A DNA stretch of 64,000 bases from Candidatus Sumerlaeaceae bacterium. Lineage in GTDB: Bacteria > Sumerlaeota > Sumerlaeia > Sumerlaeales > Sumerlaeaceae. The position numbers and the translations under genes were made by a program. Below the pieces are notes generated by a model. That model had not been told where the DNA came from and made no database searches. It saw nothing but the letters and a program-made list of their open reading frames with translations. Of this stretch, positions 30,738 through 41,012 are shown in pieces (the first letter of the stretch is position 1; the number at the start of each line of letters is the position of its first letter). The stretch lies in assembly GCA_049968255.1 (NCBI GenBank), contig JBMFRB010000005.1, forward strand, positions 69,822 through 133,821. The letters are read 5' to 3'.

Positions 30738-31199
30738 GTGGAGATCTACGTACGCAACAAGTGCAAGTCCAACATCATGACGACGCACCGGCTGAAGAAA
30801 ATTGCAACGAATGTCATTCGGCTGGTGCTCGAAGAGAAAGGACGCACATCGGCCGAAGTTTCGGTGGTGTTCGTCGACGAGCCCGAGATGCGGGCTCTGA
30901 ACAAAAATTACCGAGGCAAAGATAAGTCCACGGACGTCCTCGCATTTCCAATGTGCGAAGGACGTTTTGCTTCGATTAGTCCGGACTTGCTCGGCGACAT
31001 TGTGGTGTGCGTACCGGCCGCACAGCGACAGGCTGAGCAAAAGGACCACTCGCTCGAGCGCGAGCTTTCTCTGCTTCTCATTCATGGCCTTCTTCATCTT
31101 CTTGGATACGATCACGCGCACGAGAAAGAAGAGCGTCGCATGCGCGAGTTGGAGTCCGAATTCTTGGCACTTGTGGGCGAAGAGCTAAGCATTAGCTAA
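30738..31199 (+). CDS. ybeY: rRNA maturation endoribonuclease YbeY
   Basis: LNKNYRGKDKSTDVLAFP, LGDIVV, HGLLHLLGYDH. Confidence 0.96.
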   Translation: MEIYVRNKCKSNIMTTHRLKKIATNVIRLVLEEKGRTSAEVSVVFVDEPEMRALNKNYRGKDKSTDVLAFPMCEGRFASISPDLLGDIVVCVPAAQRQAEQKDHSLERELSLLLIHGLLHLLGYDHAHEKEERRMRELESEFLALVGEELSIS

Positions 31200-31249
31200 T
31201 AAGCTCGCTTTTCATCACAGGGACCAGAGTGCCTCGGGAGACCGACAGG

Positions 31250-31287
31250 CGGCACAAGTAGCAAGAGCTGCTTGTGCCGTTTTTTTC
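31250..31287 (+). terminator. Intrinsic terminator after ybeY
   Basis: cggcacaagtagc-aaga-gctgcttgtgccg followed by a T7 tract. Confidence 0.85.
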
Positions 31288-31323
31288 TTTATGGCCTAGA
31301 GTTCTGCGGTTTGGTCACTGATT

Positions 31324-31362
31324 AAAAAGAAAAAGGCCTGCCTCGCCTGGGGCGAGACAGGC
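31324..31362 (-). terminator. Intrinsic terminator for the 31420-32208 gene
   Basis: Stem gcctgcctcgcc / ggcgagacaggc with an A-rich run on its left (U-tract on the minus strand). Confidence 0.8.
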
Positions 31363-31419
31363 AGTCAGTTATTTGCTTTCGCGAAGAGAAAAACCTGGCC
31401 TTTTCTCCCTCAGCTTCAA

Positions 31420-32208
31420 TTATTCGTAGAGCGTCCAATCGGTGACGGCGCTGGCACCGAGCGTTTCGTACTTTATGTTATCCCATGCTGCGGCAAACGG
31501 ATAGCTCGATGCACTGCCATTGTCGTCATAGTAGCCCCACGCGGCATTTCCGCTACCATAAGTGGTATTTGTGCCAGAGACGACCGTGGTGCCGTCAACT
31601 TTACCCACGATGCTGCTTCCCGACATCTCGAGCTCAAAGAAGTGCCAACCTGTCGTCACGTCGCTCGATCCTTCCTGGATGAGAGTGTGCGACGTTCCCG
31701 ATTTTACAAACAGCACAGGTCGGAAATTGGTGGGATTGGGGGAAATTCCAGTCCAGCTCGAGTACGCCGTGACACCAAAGAAGTACGCCTGGCGGGTAGG
31801 CGAAACCTGGGGATTAGTGTTTTGCATCCGGCCGAGGATGAGATAGTCGCGCTCCAGCGGAGTGGCGTCAAGTGTGGTCCAATCCACGTACACCCATCCG
31901 GAAACGCGTGCATCCGCTTGCGGCGAGGGAGACGCTAGGTAAATCCAGTTGTAGCCGCCGCCACTAGAGCCGATATCTCCCACTCTGCACACATAGCCAT
32001 CGCCGCCCGTGTGATCGGTCGCCGGTGTCGGCTGCATGGTGGCAAGGGGAACGACGATCACGTCTACGCCGGCATCGTATGAAGCCGACAGTGAACCAGG
32101 AAGCGTCCCATTTTGCGACGCGGTGAAATCTTCTTGCAGGACAACAGCGCCTGACGCAAACGCCGCAACGCCGGCGAAAAGTCCTGCAATAATCAGCTTG
32201 CTAAACAT
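31420..32208 (-). CDS. Secreted beta-sandwich (concanavalin/LamG-like) protein with C-terminal ..AVTDWTLYE tail
   Basis: AAGGAGG SD, signal peptide MFSKLIIAGLFAGVAAFASG, GWHFFELEMSGSSIVGKVDG, WDNIKY; has its own terminator. Confidence 0.8.
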   Translation of the reverse strand: MFSKLIIAGLFAGVAAFASGAVVLQEDFTASQNGTLPGSLSASYDAGVDVIVVPLATMQPTPATDHTGGDGYVCRVGDIGSSGGGYNWIYLASPSPQADARVSGWVYVDWTTLDATPLERDYLILGRMQNTNPQVSPTRQAYFFGVTAYSSWTGISPNPTNFRPVLFVKSGTSHTLIQEGSSDVTTGWHFFELEMSGSSIVGKVDGTTVVSGTNTTYGSGNAAWGYYDDNGSASSYPFAAAWDNIKYETLGASAVTDWTLYE

Positions 32209-32383
32209 TTTTCCCTCCTTACTTGCAAGAATGTGCCTTTTAGGCTATTTTGAAAATTCGAGTATTTTTTTTCGGACACAAGAAGAAAATGAATGCACAA
32301 AGGATTCTGGCGCGGATCGCCGCTGATCTTGGACAAGCTGGCGTGATGCATCGGAATTTTGTCTTGGTGTAGGTTTTTTACGT

Positions 32384-33784
32384 ATGCTGCGAATTCTCAT
32401 TATTGATGATGAAATGAAAATGGCGGCTGCGCTGGCGCGAATGCTCGAGCGCGAGGGGCATAGGGTGCAGGCGATGTCGAGCCCCGAAGCCGCGTTGGAA
32501 TCGTTAGCAGCGGCGGAGTTCGACGTCGTGCTGTGCGACATGCGTATGCCCTCGATGAGCGGGTTAGAGGTGCTGCAGCGCGCCAAGCGGCTTTTGCCGA
32601 GTGTGGATTTTGTCATTATGACCGCTTATGCCGACGCTCGCTCGGCCGTGGAATGCATGAAGCAAGGTGCGCTGGATTATCTCATTAAGCCGTTCGCCAT
32701 AGATGAACTGAAACTGCTGCTTCTGCGCGTTGAGGAGACACGGCACTTGCGCGAGGAAAACGCACGCCTGCGCGAGCTGGTGGACGAACGGATCTCCCTA
32801 GATAACATCGTGGCAGCGTCGAAGCAGATGCAGGATGTCCTTGCCCGTGCTCGCAAGGTGGCCGCTGCCAACTCGAGTGTGCTGTTGTTGGGCGAAAGTG
32901 GCACCGGCAAAGAGGTGCTTGCCAAGGCCATTCACCGCATGAGCCCTCGCGCGCAAAAACCTTTAGTGGTGGTCAATTGCGGCGCTATTCCCGAAACGCT
33001 GCTGGAGAGCGAGCTTTTCGGTCACACACGTGGGGCGTTTACGGGAGCAGTGGACGCCCGCAAAGGAATGTTTGAAATTGCCGACGGCGGCACGATTTTT
33101 CTCGATGAAATTGGCGACCTGCCACTTCATTTGCAAGTGAAGTTGCTGCGCGTGCTTCAAGAGGGAGAAATCCAGCGGATCGGCGAAAGCACGCCCCGCA
33201 AAGTGGACGTGCGCGTCATCGCTGCAACGAATCGCGACCTGGAGGGTCTTGTTGCCGAGGGCAAGTTCCGGCAAGATCTTTATTACCGGCTCAATGTGAT
33301 TCCGATCTATATGCCGCCGCTGCGAGAACGGCGCGAGGACATCCCCCCCCTGATTGAGCATTTCATTGCAAAGTACGCGCCACCAGGCCGGCGCAAGCAG
33401 TTTAGTCCGGAAGCCTTCGCGCTGCTTATGCGCTATGATTATCCGGGCAATGTGCGCGAGCTGGAGAACGCCGTGGAACATGGGGTGGTCCTGAGCGACG
33501 AGGAAATCATCAAAGTTGAGGACCTTCCGCTACAGATTCAGAATGCGGACTGGGAGCGGGTGATCTATCCTGCGCCGTTATCGGAGTCGATGCCCTTGGA
33601 TGAACTCGAGAAACGCGCCATGCTTGCCGCACTCGAGAAAACGAACTATAACATGACACGTGCAGCGGCCCATTTAGGCATCACACGGCGCACGCTCGGT
33701 TATCGGATTAAAAAATATGGCCTGGATGAATATGTGGCGGAAAAGATGCGGCGTCCTGCGCGGAGCAAAAAAGACGCATCATAA
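32384..33784 (+). CDS. Sigma54-dependent response regulator (NtrC/AtoC/ZraR family)
   Basis: Receiver (IIDDE, CDMRMP, KPF), AAA+ GESGTGKE, GAFTGA, FLDEIG, RQDLYYRL, YPGNVREL, Fis-type HTH. Confidence 0.96.
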   Translation: MLRILIIDDEMKMAAALARMLEREGHRVQAMSSPEAALESLAAAEFDVVLCDMRMPSMSGLEVLQRAKRLLPSVDFVIMTAYADARSAVECMKQGALDYLIKPFAIDELKLLLLRVEETRHLREENARLRELVDERISLDNIVAASKQMQDVLARARKVAAANSSVLLLGESGTGKEVLAKAIHRMSPRAQKPLVVVNCGAIPETLLESELFGHTRGAFTGAVDARKGMFEIADGGTIFLDEIGDLPLHLQVKLLRVLQEGEIQRIGESTPRKVDVRVIAATNRDLEGLVAEGKFRQDLYYRLNVIPIYMPPLRERREDIPPLIEHFIAKYAPPGRRKQFSPEAFALLMRYDYPGNVRELENAVEHGVVLSDEEIIKVEDLPLQIQNADWERVIYPAPLSESMPLDELEKRAMLAALEKTNYNMTRAAAHLGITRRTLGYRIKKYGLDEYVAEKMRRPARSKKDAS

Positions 33785-36389
33785 ACACGTCCCGGCGCAT
33801 CGCCGCAACTATGACGCCGAGCCGCGACGAACACCAAAAGTCTCGCCGAGCGCTAGCCCGCTGCGGGCAGCTGTGCTGCTAGTGCTGGTCATGGCGTGGT
33901 TTTCCAACGCAAGGGCCACAGATCTTATTGTGCGCATTCACCCAAGCAAAGCCAAGACCGAGGAACTACGGCAGTGGGTCGGTCGTTATGGCCTTTCGAT
34001 TGCGCGGCGCTTGCTCTTGCCTGGGGCTTATCTTGTTTCGTCGTCACAGCCGCCTTCCGTCATTTTGCCGAGGCTGAGAGAAGATCCCGTTATCCTTTAT
34101 GCAACGCCGCAGCGGCGGCTTGAGCTGTGCGCGACGCTGCCAAATGACCCGCTATTTGCCAATCAGTGGCAACTGCGCAACATAGGACAGAACGGCGGCT
34201 TGGCAGGCGCTGACATCAATGTTTCCCAAGCCTGGGATATCACCACGGGCAGCGCCCACACAGTGTTGGCGATTGTGGATAGCGGGGTCGAGCTCACGCA
34301 TCCCGACCTCATTGGCCAAGTGTGGACAAACCCCGGCGAGATTCCTGCTAATGGACTGGACGACGATGCCAACGGTTTCGTGGATGATGTCCACGGGTGG
34401 AATTTCTATAGCAGCTCGCCCGACGTCAGCCCCACGCTCGGCCACGGCACGAACGTGGCAGGGCTAGCGGGCGCTGCGTCGAACAACGGCATCGGCGTGG
34501 CAGGAGTCAATTGGCAGGCCCGACTTATGATTGTGAACATTTTCTCCCCGGCGGGCTACGCGACCGAAGCCGACGCAGCGGACGCTATTGTCTATGCGTG
34601 TGACAACGGCGCACGAGTCATCAATGCGAGTTGGGGAAGTCCGGGCTACTCTCAGCTTCTCACCGACGCTGTCGAGTATGCGCGAAGTAAAGGCGTGCTG
34701 ATCTGTGCGGCCGCGGGGAATTACAATTTTGACGCGGACGAACATCCGTTTTATCCAGCGGCCATTGGTTCGGATGCCTTGCTGGGCGTGGGCGGAACTA
34801 CAAATCGCGACGACTGGATCTACAACTATGGTGCGGCACGAGTGCAGATTGCTGCGCCCGCGAACCTTGTGTACATGGCGCGTTACCCGAGCACTTATGG
34901 CTATGGCAGCGGGACATCTTACGCGGCGCCGCTCGTCACGGGTGCGGCGGGGCTCTTGCTGGCGATTGCGCCGGATGCGCAGGCTGCGAATCTGCGGATG
35001 CGTCTTGTGGCGAATGCGGCCCGGCCGGTCGCCCTTGCGCAGAGAAACGTCGTCGGTGGGCGGCTTGACGTGCTCGCGGCGCTTTCACCTTCGAACACAG
35101 TGCCACTTCCAAAACTCGACATCACGTTTCGTCGTATCGGTGCGCATGGGGCATTGGTTGAGGTTGTCCCGCCGGACGATTGGCCCGCGACCACGACGGC
35201 ACTGGTTCAGATCAAGAAAGCCTTGGGACCAATCACGACCGAGAATTTTCCAGAGCTACCCGAGTGGCGCTTGGCGCGACTGGCTGAGGGCGAGAGGAGG
35301 CTTTTTCTGCTGAACGAGCTCGAGCCGGGGACAGATTACTGGATTGGCGTGCGCACCTACGATGCCGTAGGCATCGCTGGCGATTTGACGACGGCAACTT
35401 TCAGAACCTCCCCCAGCCAGATGATTTTTTATGACTCATGCGACACAACATCGCCTGTGTGGCAGGCTAACGGATTCACGCTTGCCGGTGGCGATGCACA
35501 CACAGGAAGTCTGGCGTGGCAAGACAGTCCCGACACGACCTATACCAGTGGGACAATAGCCACGCTAACCGGAGGTCCGTTCGATATATCTGGACTTGCG
35601 CGACCCCGATTATCATTTTATCTTGAACACTTTTTCCCATCCCGGCTAGCCGAGGGTGATCGCCTTGAAGTTCGGGTAAGTACGGACCATGGTGCGACAT
35701 GGAAGGTGCTGCGCAGGTTCCATGCCACGGTGAGCCCGCTTCGCCGCTTCTGCCTGCCTCTCGACGATCTGGGGCCGGCACCAGCGCTATTCATTCAATT
35801 CCGACTGGTGGCAGATGCCAACGCTTACGTGGATGATGGCGTTTATTTGGACGATATCGCGCTGGAGGAAGCGAAGGGCGACGTGCCTTTCGCTGATGAT
35901 GTGATTGTCGAATCCTACGATTTTTTTGGTGAGGAGAACGGCTTGCCGGAGTTTGAGCGCGTAGGGCCATGGTCTGCCGACGCTGGCAAGAGTAGTGCGC
36001 CGAAACTGGTGGGAGCGGCCGTCTTTTCCGCGGTCGCCGGCACGACCGCAACGCGGGCGAGCTTCATCCCGTTTGTCCCAATGAGCGGAGACTACGAAGT
36101 GTTTCTGAGTCACGGGGCATTGGCCGACGCAGCTCATGTAAAAGTCGAGATCATTCACGCAGATGGGATTGCAGACATGTTTCTGGACCAGTCGAGTGCG
36201 TCGAGCAACCGTTGGATAAGCCTCGGTGTCTTCTCGTTTGTTTACGGACGCGATAAATTGCGAGGACGTGTTTCGATAGACACGGCTACGGCAACTGGCA
36301 CAAAGGTCTTCGCCGACGCTGTGCGGCTGATCCTTGTTCGTCCGGCTGCCGAGAGTTTGGCAGCTAAAGATTGGTCACAATTCGAGTAA
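33717..36389 (+). CDS. Secreted S8 (subtilisin-like) serine peptidase with FN3-like, beta-sandwich and golvesin-like modules
   Basis: Triad IVDSG / GHGTNVAG / GTSYAAP, INASWG, AAAGN; C-terminal ..AAKDWSQFE. The true start is uncertain and probably downstream of 33717. Confidence 0.9.
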   Translation: MAWMNMWRKRCGVLRGAKKTHHKHVPAHRRNYDAEPRRTPKVSPSASPLRAAVLLVLVMAWFSNARATDLIVRIHPSKAKTEELRQWVGRYGLSIARRLLLPGAYLVSSSQPPSVILPRLREDPVILYATPQRRLELCATLPNDPLFANQWQLRNIGQNGGLAGADINVSQAWDITTGSAHTVLAIVDSGVELTHPDLIGQVWTNPGEIPANGLDDDANGFVDDVHGWNFYSSSPDVSPTLGHGTNVAGLAGAASNNGIGVAGVNWQARLMIVNIFSPAGYATEADAADAIVYACDNGARVINASWGSPGYSQLLTDAVEYARSKGVLICAAAGNYNFDADEHPFYPAAIGSDALLGVGGTTNRDDWIYNYGAARVQIAAPANLVYMARYPSTYGYGSGTSYAAPLVTGAAGLLLAIAPDAQAANLRMRLVANAARPVALAQRNVVGGRLDVLAALSPSNTVPLPKLDITFRRIGAHGALVEVVPPDDWPATTTALVQIKKALGPITTENFPELPEWRLARLAEGERRLFLLNELEPGTDYWIGVRTYDAVGIAGDLTTATFRTSPSQMIFYDSCDTTSPVWQANGFTLAGGDAHTGSLAWQDSPDTTYTSGTIATLTGGPFDISGLARPRLSFYLEHFFPSRLAEGDRLEVRVSTDHGATWKVLRRFHATVSPLRRFCLPLDDLGPAPALFIQFRLVADANAYVDDGVYLDDIALEEAKGDVPFADDVIVESYDFFGEENGLPEFERVGPWSADAGKSSAPKLVGAAVFSAVAGTTATRASFIPFVPMSGDYEVFLSHGALADAAHVKVEIIHADGIADMFLDQSSASSNRWISLGVFSFVYGRDKLRGRVSIDTATATGTKVFADAVRLILVRPAAESLAAKDWSQFE

Positions 36390-36465
36390 ACTTTTCAGCA
36401 CCCGGTAGCTATTCAACGGTGTTGGCGTGCCGGCTAAATCCTAAGCGTTGTGAGGATAGCCCTCG

Positions 36466-37155
36466 ATGAGCAAGCAGAATGTTATGTCTGGCCCTCCTCA
36501 GTCAGTGGCTGCGAAGGAGCTAAAAGATCTTCTTCCGCTGGAAGTGCTCATTGCCATTTTCATTGTGGTGGAAGCGCTTATCATTTGGCTAATGGCCCCG
36601 CAGTTTACGCGAGAGTTCACTCGGTGGAAATCGCAACGCTATGCCATGAAAGGCGATTATAAAGCAGCAGCCCAAGAGTTGTACAAGCTTCTGCAAACTC
36701 CTAAAGGCGAGAACAACCCGACCTTTCTCGCGGAGTTGGGTAACTGCTATTATAACCTTGGCGATTACGACAAAAGCATCGAATTCTACCAGCGGGCGCA
36801 AGAGAACCGGATGAACGTCGTTGCAGACCTCGACGACGACTCGCCGCATGAATACCCTGACTTCAACGCCATGATCGGTTTGTGCTATTTCCGCAAAGGC
36901 GATCTCGACAAAGCCGAAGAATATTTCAAAAAGGCCCTGGAAGCAAACCGTTTGGACAAGCTAGCGCACATGAAGCTGGGCGAGATCGAGTTCAAAAAGG
37001 GCAAATACTTGAAGGCCATTGACTATTTCAAATTCGTAGCGCGTGACCCTGCCTACGAAAAGGCTGTGCGCGAGTATTATCAAAAAATCGAAGCAGAACT
37101 CTTCAAGGGCGTAGCGGCCCCTGACAGCGAAGCGCTGACCACACAGTCAAAATAA
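36466..37155 (+). CDS. Membrane-anchored TPR protein
   Basis: TM LEVLIAIFIVVEALIIWLMA, then TPRs (LGNCYYNLGDYDKSIEFYQRA; IGLCYFRKGDLDKAEEYFKKAL). Confidence 0.85.
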   Translation: MSKQNVMSGPPQSVAAKELKDLLPLEVLIAIFIVVEALIIWLMAPQFTREFTRWKSQRYAMKGDYKAAAQELYKLLQTPKGENNPTFLAELGNCYYNLGDYDKSIEFYQRAQENRMNVVADLDDDSPHEYPDFNAMIGLCYFRKGDLDKAEEYFKKALEANRLDKLAHMKLGEIEFKKGKYLKAIDYFKFVARDPAYEKAVREYYQKIEAELFKGVAAPDSEALTTQSK

Positions 37156-37451
37156 TTGTGAGCTGCCAGCTCGAGCAGCAGCCGAATTTTTACGATTCGA
37201 TTCCGCTGCTTGCTCAATAGGATTGTTTTCACTCAGGGGCAATGGTGCGAGTGCGCCTTGCACGGGCGAGGAAGTGCATGAGGCGGGCACATGCCACAGG
37301 ATTCTTAGCGAAAACCATCTCTCGCTGCTTGCACGTTGAGTAAAGTCATAGAGTCTCTGCACTTGTCCTGGATTTTATAATCTCAAATCAATTGACAATC
37401 GGCTCCACGGCTCCTAGAAGTCACTAAAAATGGCGATGGAAAGGTGCACAC

Positions 37452-38741
37452 ATGAAAGCGCTCACGGTTGGGGCGTCGGTGATGCTTGTTTTGCTGGCTA
37501 CGACAGGATGGGGAGCTGCGAACACTGAGGGCCAAAAGCAAACAGCTGCCGGAAAAAAAGCAACAGCGCACGTGGCACTGGAGCCGGGGCAAGCCGACTC
37601 TCATATCGGAGAGACCACTCCCTCGGTAACAGAGGAAAAATCGGTCCACTGGACCCATCCGGACACAGAATTTCGCGGCATTTGGTTGCCAGGTAAAGAA
37701 TTACTTGCGACAACGGAAGCGATCGCGCGGAAACTGGATGCTATCGCACGGGCCAATTTTAACGCGGTGCTTCCTGACGCCTATTTTCAGGGCTACGTGA
37801 TTTATCCCAACTCAAACTATCTACCGCAGCTGCCAGCGGCACGTGGTGGCGATCCACTGCGCTCGTTCATCGAAAAGGCGCACAAGCGGGGGCTTGAAGT
37901 CCATGTGTGGCTTGAATATGGCTTCTATGCTTATCACACACCGGATGCCACAAAAGATCCATCGAAGGGCCCGTGGCTCGACGCTCATCCTGAACTTCAG
38001 TCCGTGAGCGCAAAAGGCGACCTCTATGTGCATAATCCCGCGTGGGGTGACTTTTACTCGATGTGCCCATCGAATCCACGGTGCCATGAGCTCATTGCTA
38101 ACATCGCGGCCGAAATTCTGGAACGCTATCCCGTGGAGGGGATTAATCTTGACCGCATTCGGTATGCCGGCGAGAGCTTTTGCTACTGCGACTACTGCAA
38201 AAAGCACTTCAAAGAAGACACGGGGATTGAACTCGTTGAGTTCAAGAAAGGTTCCCAAGGCGAGAAGAAATTCCTCGAATGGAAACGGCAACAGCTCGTG
38301 AAAGCGTTGGAAACCATTCGCAAGCGGGTGAAGAGCGCGCGTCCTGAGGCGGTCCTTACGTCCTATGTGGTCCCACCCGCTGAGAAAGACAATAAAGCGC
38401 AGCCGTGGGATTTGTGGGCAAAAGAGCGACTGCTCGATGCTATTGCCGTGAGCATGTACGGGCGCAGCATTGTCGCCGACGCAGAAAGAGCCGTGAAGAT
38501 CCTCGGCAATGACAAAGATGTTCTCCTCGCAGCCATCTCCTGCGAGGTGCCGTCGTCTGCATACCTAGAGAACATTGAAAAGGCCCGCCGCTATGCTCCA
38601 CTCGGGCAAATTACTTGGTACTCCGGACAGGTGGATGATGATTTGGAAGGTCTTCTCTCTGGTCCTTATGCGAAACCGGCGCGCAGCCCATTTGCGCGCG
38701 AGTTCCACACGAGCGCTTCAGCAACACAGAAGGGCGAGTGA
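37452..38741 (+). CDS. Secreted GHL10 (DUF187) glycoside hydrolase-like protein
   Basis: Signal peptide, EFRGIWL, AHKRGLEVHVW, YPVEGINLDRIRY, CYCDYC. Confidence 0.85.
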   Translation: MKALTVGASVMLVLLATTGWGAANTEGQKQTAAGKKATAHVALEPGQADSHIGETTPSVTEEKSVHWTHPDTEFRGIWLPGKELLATTEAIARKLDAIARANFNAVLPDAYFQGYVIYPNSNYLPQLPAARGGDPLRSFIEKAHKRGLEVHVWLEYGFYAYHTPDATKDPSKGPWLDAHPELQSVSAKGDLYVHNPAWGDFYSMCPSNPRCHELIANIAAEILERYPVEGINLDRIRYAGESFCYCDYCKKHFKEDTGIELVEFKKGSQGEKKFLEWKRQQLVKALETIRKRVKSARPEAVLTSYVVPPAEKDNKAQPWDLWAKERLLDAIAVSMYGRSIVADAERAVKILGNDKDVLLAAISCEVPSSAYLENIEKARRYAPLGQITWYSGQVDDDLEGLLSGPYAKPARSPFAREFHTSASATQKGE

Positions 38742-39078
38742 CGGATGGCGGTCTCCTCGCGCGACTATCAACACTGCTCTCGCAAGCTGCGCCGGTCCAT
38801 GCCGGCGCGGCTCCATTTTTGAGCGCAAGGACGTGCAGCTTTTTCATTGTGCATGGATGTAAAAAATCTTAATTACTTGCTGATTTTATAACATCTTGCT
38901 AATTTACGCAGATGCTAGATGGTGTGACTATAGATGCGCGGGCTAGGTTTTTAGGGTTTTTGCGCCTTCATGCATGCGATCTTGGTTTAGCCCACACTGA
39001 CAGTACGAAAAAGCATGAATGGGTGAGAGGGAACATGGTATCTTTATTTGGCAATTTATCCAATTAGGAGAAAACAAA

Positions 39079-39696
39079 ATGGTTGATCCGAAGTCGTTTT
39101 TCGAGATGGGTCTCGCTTTTCACGGACACAAATGCCCGGCCATGCCAATGGGTTTGCGGGTCGGGGCAGCGGCGATGAACGCTCTGGGAGTCGAACGCGC
39201 AAAAGATGGCCAGCTCGTCGCTCTCGTTGAGATTGGCGACGATCATTGTGCGACTTGTTTTGCGGATGGCATCCAAGTTATAACGGGCTGCACATTCGGC
39301 AAAGGCAATATCCAGAAGCTTGGCTACGGCAAGTGGGGAGTGACCCTAATTGAAAAGAACACAAGGCGTGCGGTTCGCGTGACGCCAAAGGCTGAAGCAA
39401 TGAAAGCAAACAAACAGACGGCCTTCTTTTCCGAATATCGAGAGAAAGGCATCCCCGCTTCGAAGGTTCCCTCGGAAGTGGTTGACCCGCTCATTGAGCG
39501 AGTTCTCAGTGCTCCTCAAGAAGCTCTCCTCATCGTGAGTCCAGTGTTTGACTATGCGTGGCAAGATCCACCACACTCATTTGAGAGCTTCGTGTGCGAG
39601 GAATGTGGCGAAATGACCGTCGAGCCTTACGGGCGGTTGTTCGGCGAAAAACGAGTATGTATCCCGTGCCGACAGAAAGTGGCCGGTAGGGCGTGA
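39079..39696 (+). CDS. FmdE family protein with C-terminal zinc finger
   Basis: FHGHKCPAMPMG, CFADGIQVITGCTFGKGN, CEECGE..CIPC; AGGAG SD before ATG 39079. Confidence 0.9.
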   Translation: MVDPKSFFEMGLAFHGHKCPAMPMGLRVGAAAMNALGVERAKDGQLVALVEIGDDHCATCFADGIQVITGCTFGKGNIQKLGYGKWGVTLIEKNTRRAVRVTPKAEAMKANKQTAFFSEYREKGIPASKVPSEVVDPLIERVLSAPQEALLIVSPVFDYAWQDPPHSFESFVCEECGEMTVEPYGRLFGEKRVCIPCRQKVAGRA

Positions 39697-39722
39697 GAAC
39701 TCGAGAATAGGGACACCGATCT

Positions 39723-41012
39723 GTGATGGAGAAAAATTGGGCGCAAAATTTGGAGGGCGGCAGCCAAGACGGAGAGGCTGTGCGCCCTCCTCGCCTCCGT
39801 GAAATTGCGTGGCAGTTTCTCAAAATTGGTGCAACTGGGTTTGGCGGTGGGGTCGCTGTCATTGCTCTCCTTGAGCGCGAATGTGTGCAACATAAACGTT
39901 GGCTCACGGCAGATGAATTTGTTCATGGGGTGAGCCTTGGGCAAATCTTGGGCTCGTTTGCAGTAAACACGTCGTTTTTCGTGGGATACCGTTTGCGTGG
40001 ACTCATCGGGGGATTGGTGGCCATGGTGGCATTCCTGGCTCCCTCCGTGACGCTGGTCATTGGGTTGTCATGGCTCTATTTTGCGACGAAGAAGATTCCT
40101 TCCATCCAGCAGGCGATGCTCGGTGCCACACCGGTTGTCATTGCTTTGATCGCAAGTGCCGGCACCTCGCTCGGCAAGAATATGTTACGGGGAATCATTC
40201 ACGACCTGCTGGCCTTCGTTGGATTGGCTGGGACTCTTTATCATGTCCCGTTGCTCGAACTACTCCCTCTTGGAGCGCTAGTTGGCATAGTCGCCAAGCT
40301 TGGGAACCATAGGGATGCAGAAAAAGAGAGTGTGGGCCCAGGGCACAGAGGTAAGCGCGGCCCGTCGCCGACACCGGCTGGCGCGGCACTCCCTCTTGGA
40401 AGCAGCGTGGGACTGGTGACCACTGGCACACTCTCCGGCAAAGGAACAGCAGTAACGTCGGCGGCAGCAGCGTCGTTTGGACTGGGTGCGCTCCTGTTTC
40501 TTTTTTTGAAAGTCGGCTGCGGTTTTTTCGGCGGCGGTTATGTCCTGGTGCCGCTACTTCAACATGAGCTTGTCTTGCAGCGAGGACTCCTTACGGTCCG
40601 GGAATTTGTCGACGGTGTGGCAATCAGCCAGCTTACTCCCGGGCCGATCGCTGTGCTGGCGACGTTTGTGGGCTACCGCTTCGGCGGGGCGTTAGGGGCA
40701 ATACTGGCCACCGTCGCCCTCTATATCCCCGCTACTGTGCTCATGGCGGGGCTTTCACGCGCATACACACGCCTGCGCCACCTCTCGATGGTCAAGCATC
40801 TTTTGGGAGGACTTGGTCCCGTCATTGTGGGAATGATCTTTGCCAGTGCGGTGCAACTTGCCCCCCACAGCAGCTTATCGCTCGAACATCCCCTGGGAAT
40901 CATTCTGTGCGCTGGCTCATATTTACTGATGAGGCGCAACTGGCATCCAGCACTTCTGCTTGCTGCTGGTGCCGCTCTAGGAAGCACATTTCCGAGCGCA
41001 TTCATTCAATGA
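39723..41012 (+). CDS. chrA: Chromate ion transporter (CHR family, long form)
   Basis: Two halves FLKIGATGFGGG and FLKVGCGFFGGGY, SQLTPGP, ATFVGY. Confidence 0.92.
   Translation: MMEKNWAQNLEGGSQDGEAVRPPRLREIAWQFLKIGATGFGGGVAVIALLERECVQHKRWLTADEFVHGVSLGQILGSFAVNTSFFVGYRLRGLIGGLVAMVAFLAPSVTLVIGLSWLYFATKKIPSIQQAMLGATPVVIALIASAGTSLGKNMLRGIIHDLLAFVGLAGTLYHVPLLELLPLGALVGIVAKLGNHRDAEKESVGPGHRGKRGPSPTPAGAALPLGSSVGLVTTGTLSGKGTAVTSAAAASFGLGALLFLFLKVGCGFFGGGYVLVPLLQHELVLQRGLLTVREFVDGVAISQLTPGPIAVLATFVGYRFGGALGAILATVALYIPATVLMAGLSRAYTRLRHLSMVKHLLGGLGPVIVGMIFASAVQLAPHSSLSLEHPLGIILCAGSYLLMRRNWHPALLLAAGAALGSTFPSAFIQ

Noticed and set aside
32224-32238. GGCACATTCTTGCA (minus strand) resembling a sigma54 promoter for the secreted protein gene
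   Set aside because: GG-to-GC spacing is 9, not the required 10, and it lies too close to the SD.
33811-33890. Out-of-frame ATG just after the regulator stop, suggesting a frameshifted S8 start
   Set aside because: That frame closes after about 23 codons, while the S8 frame is open with alternative starts; no evidence of a frameshift.
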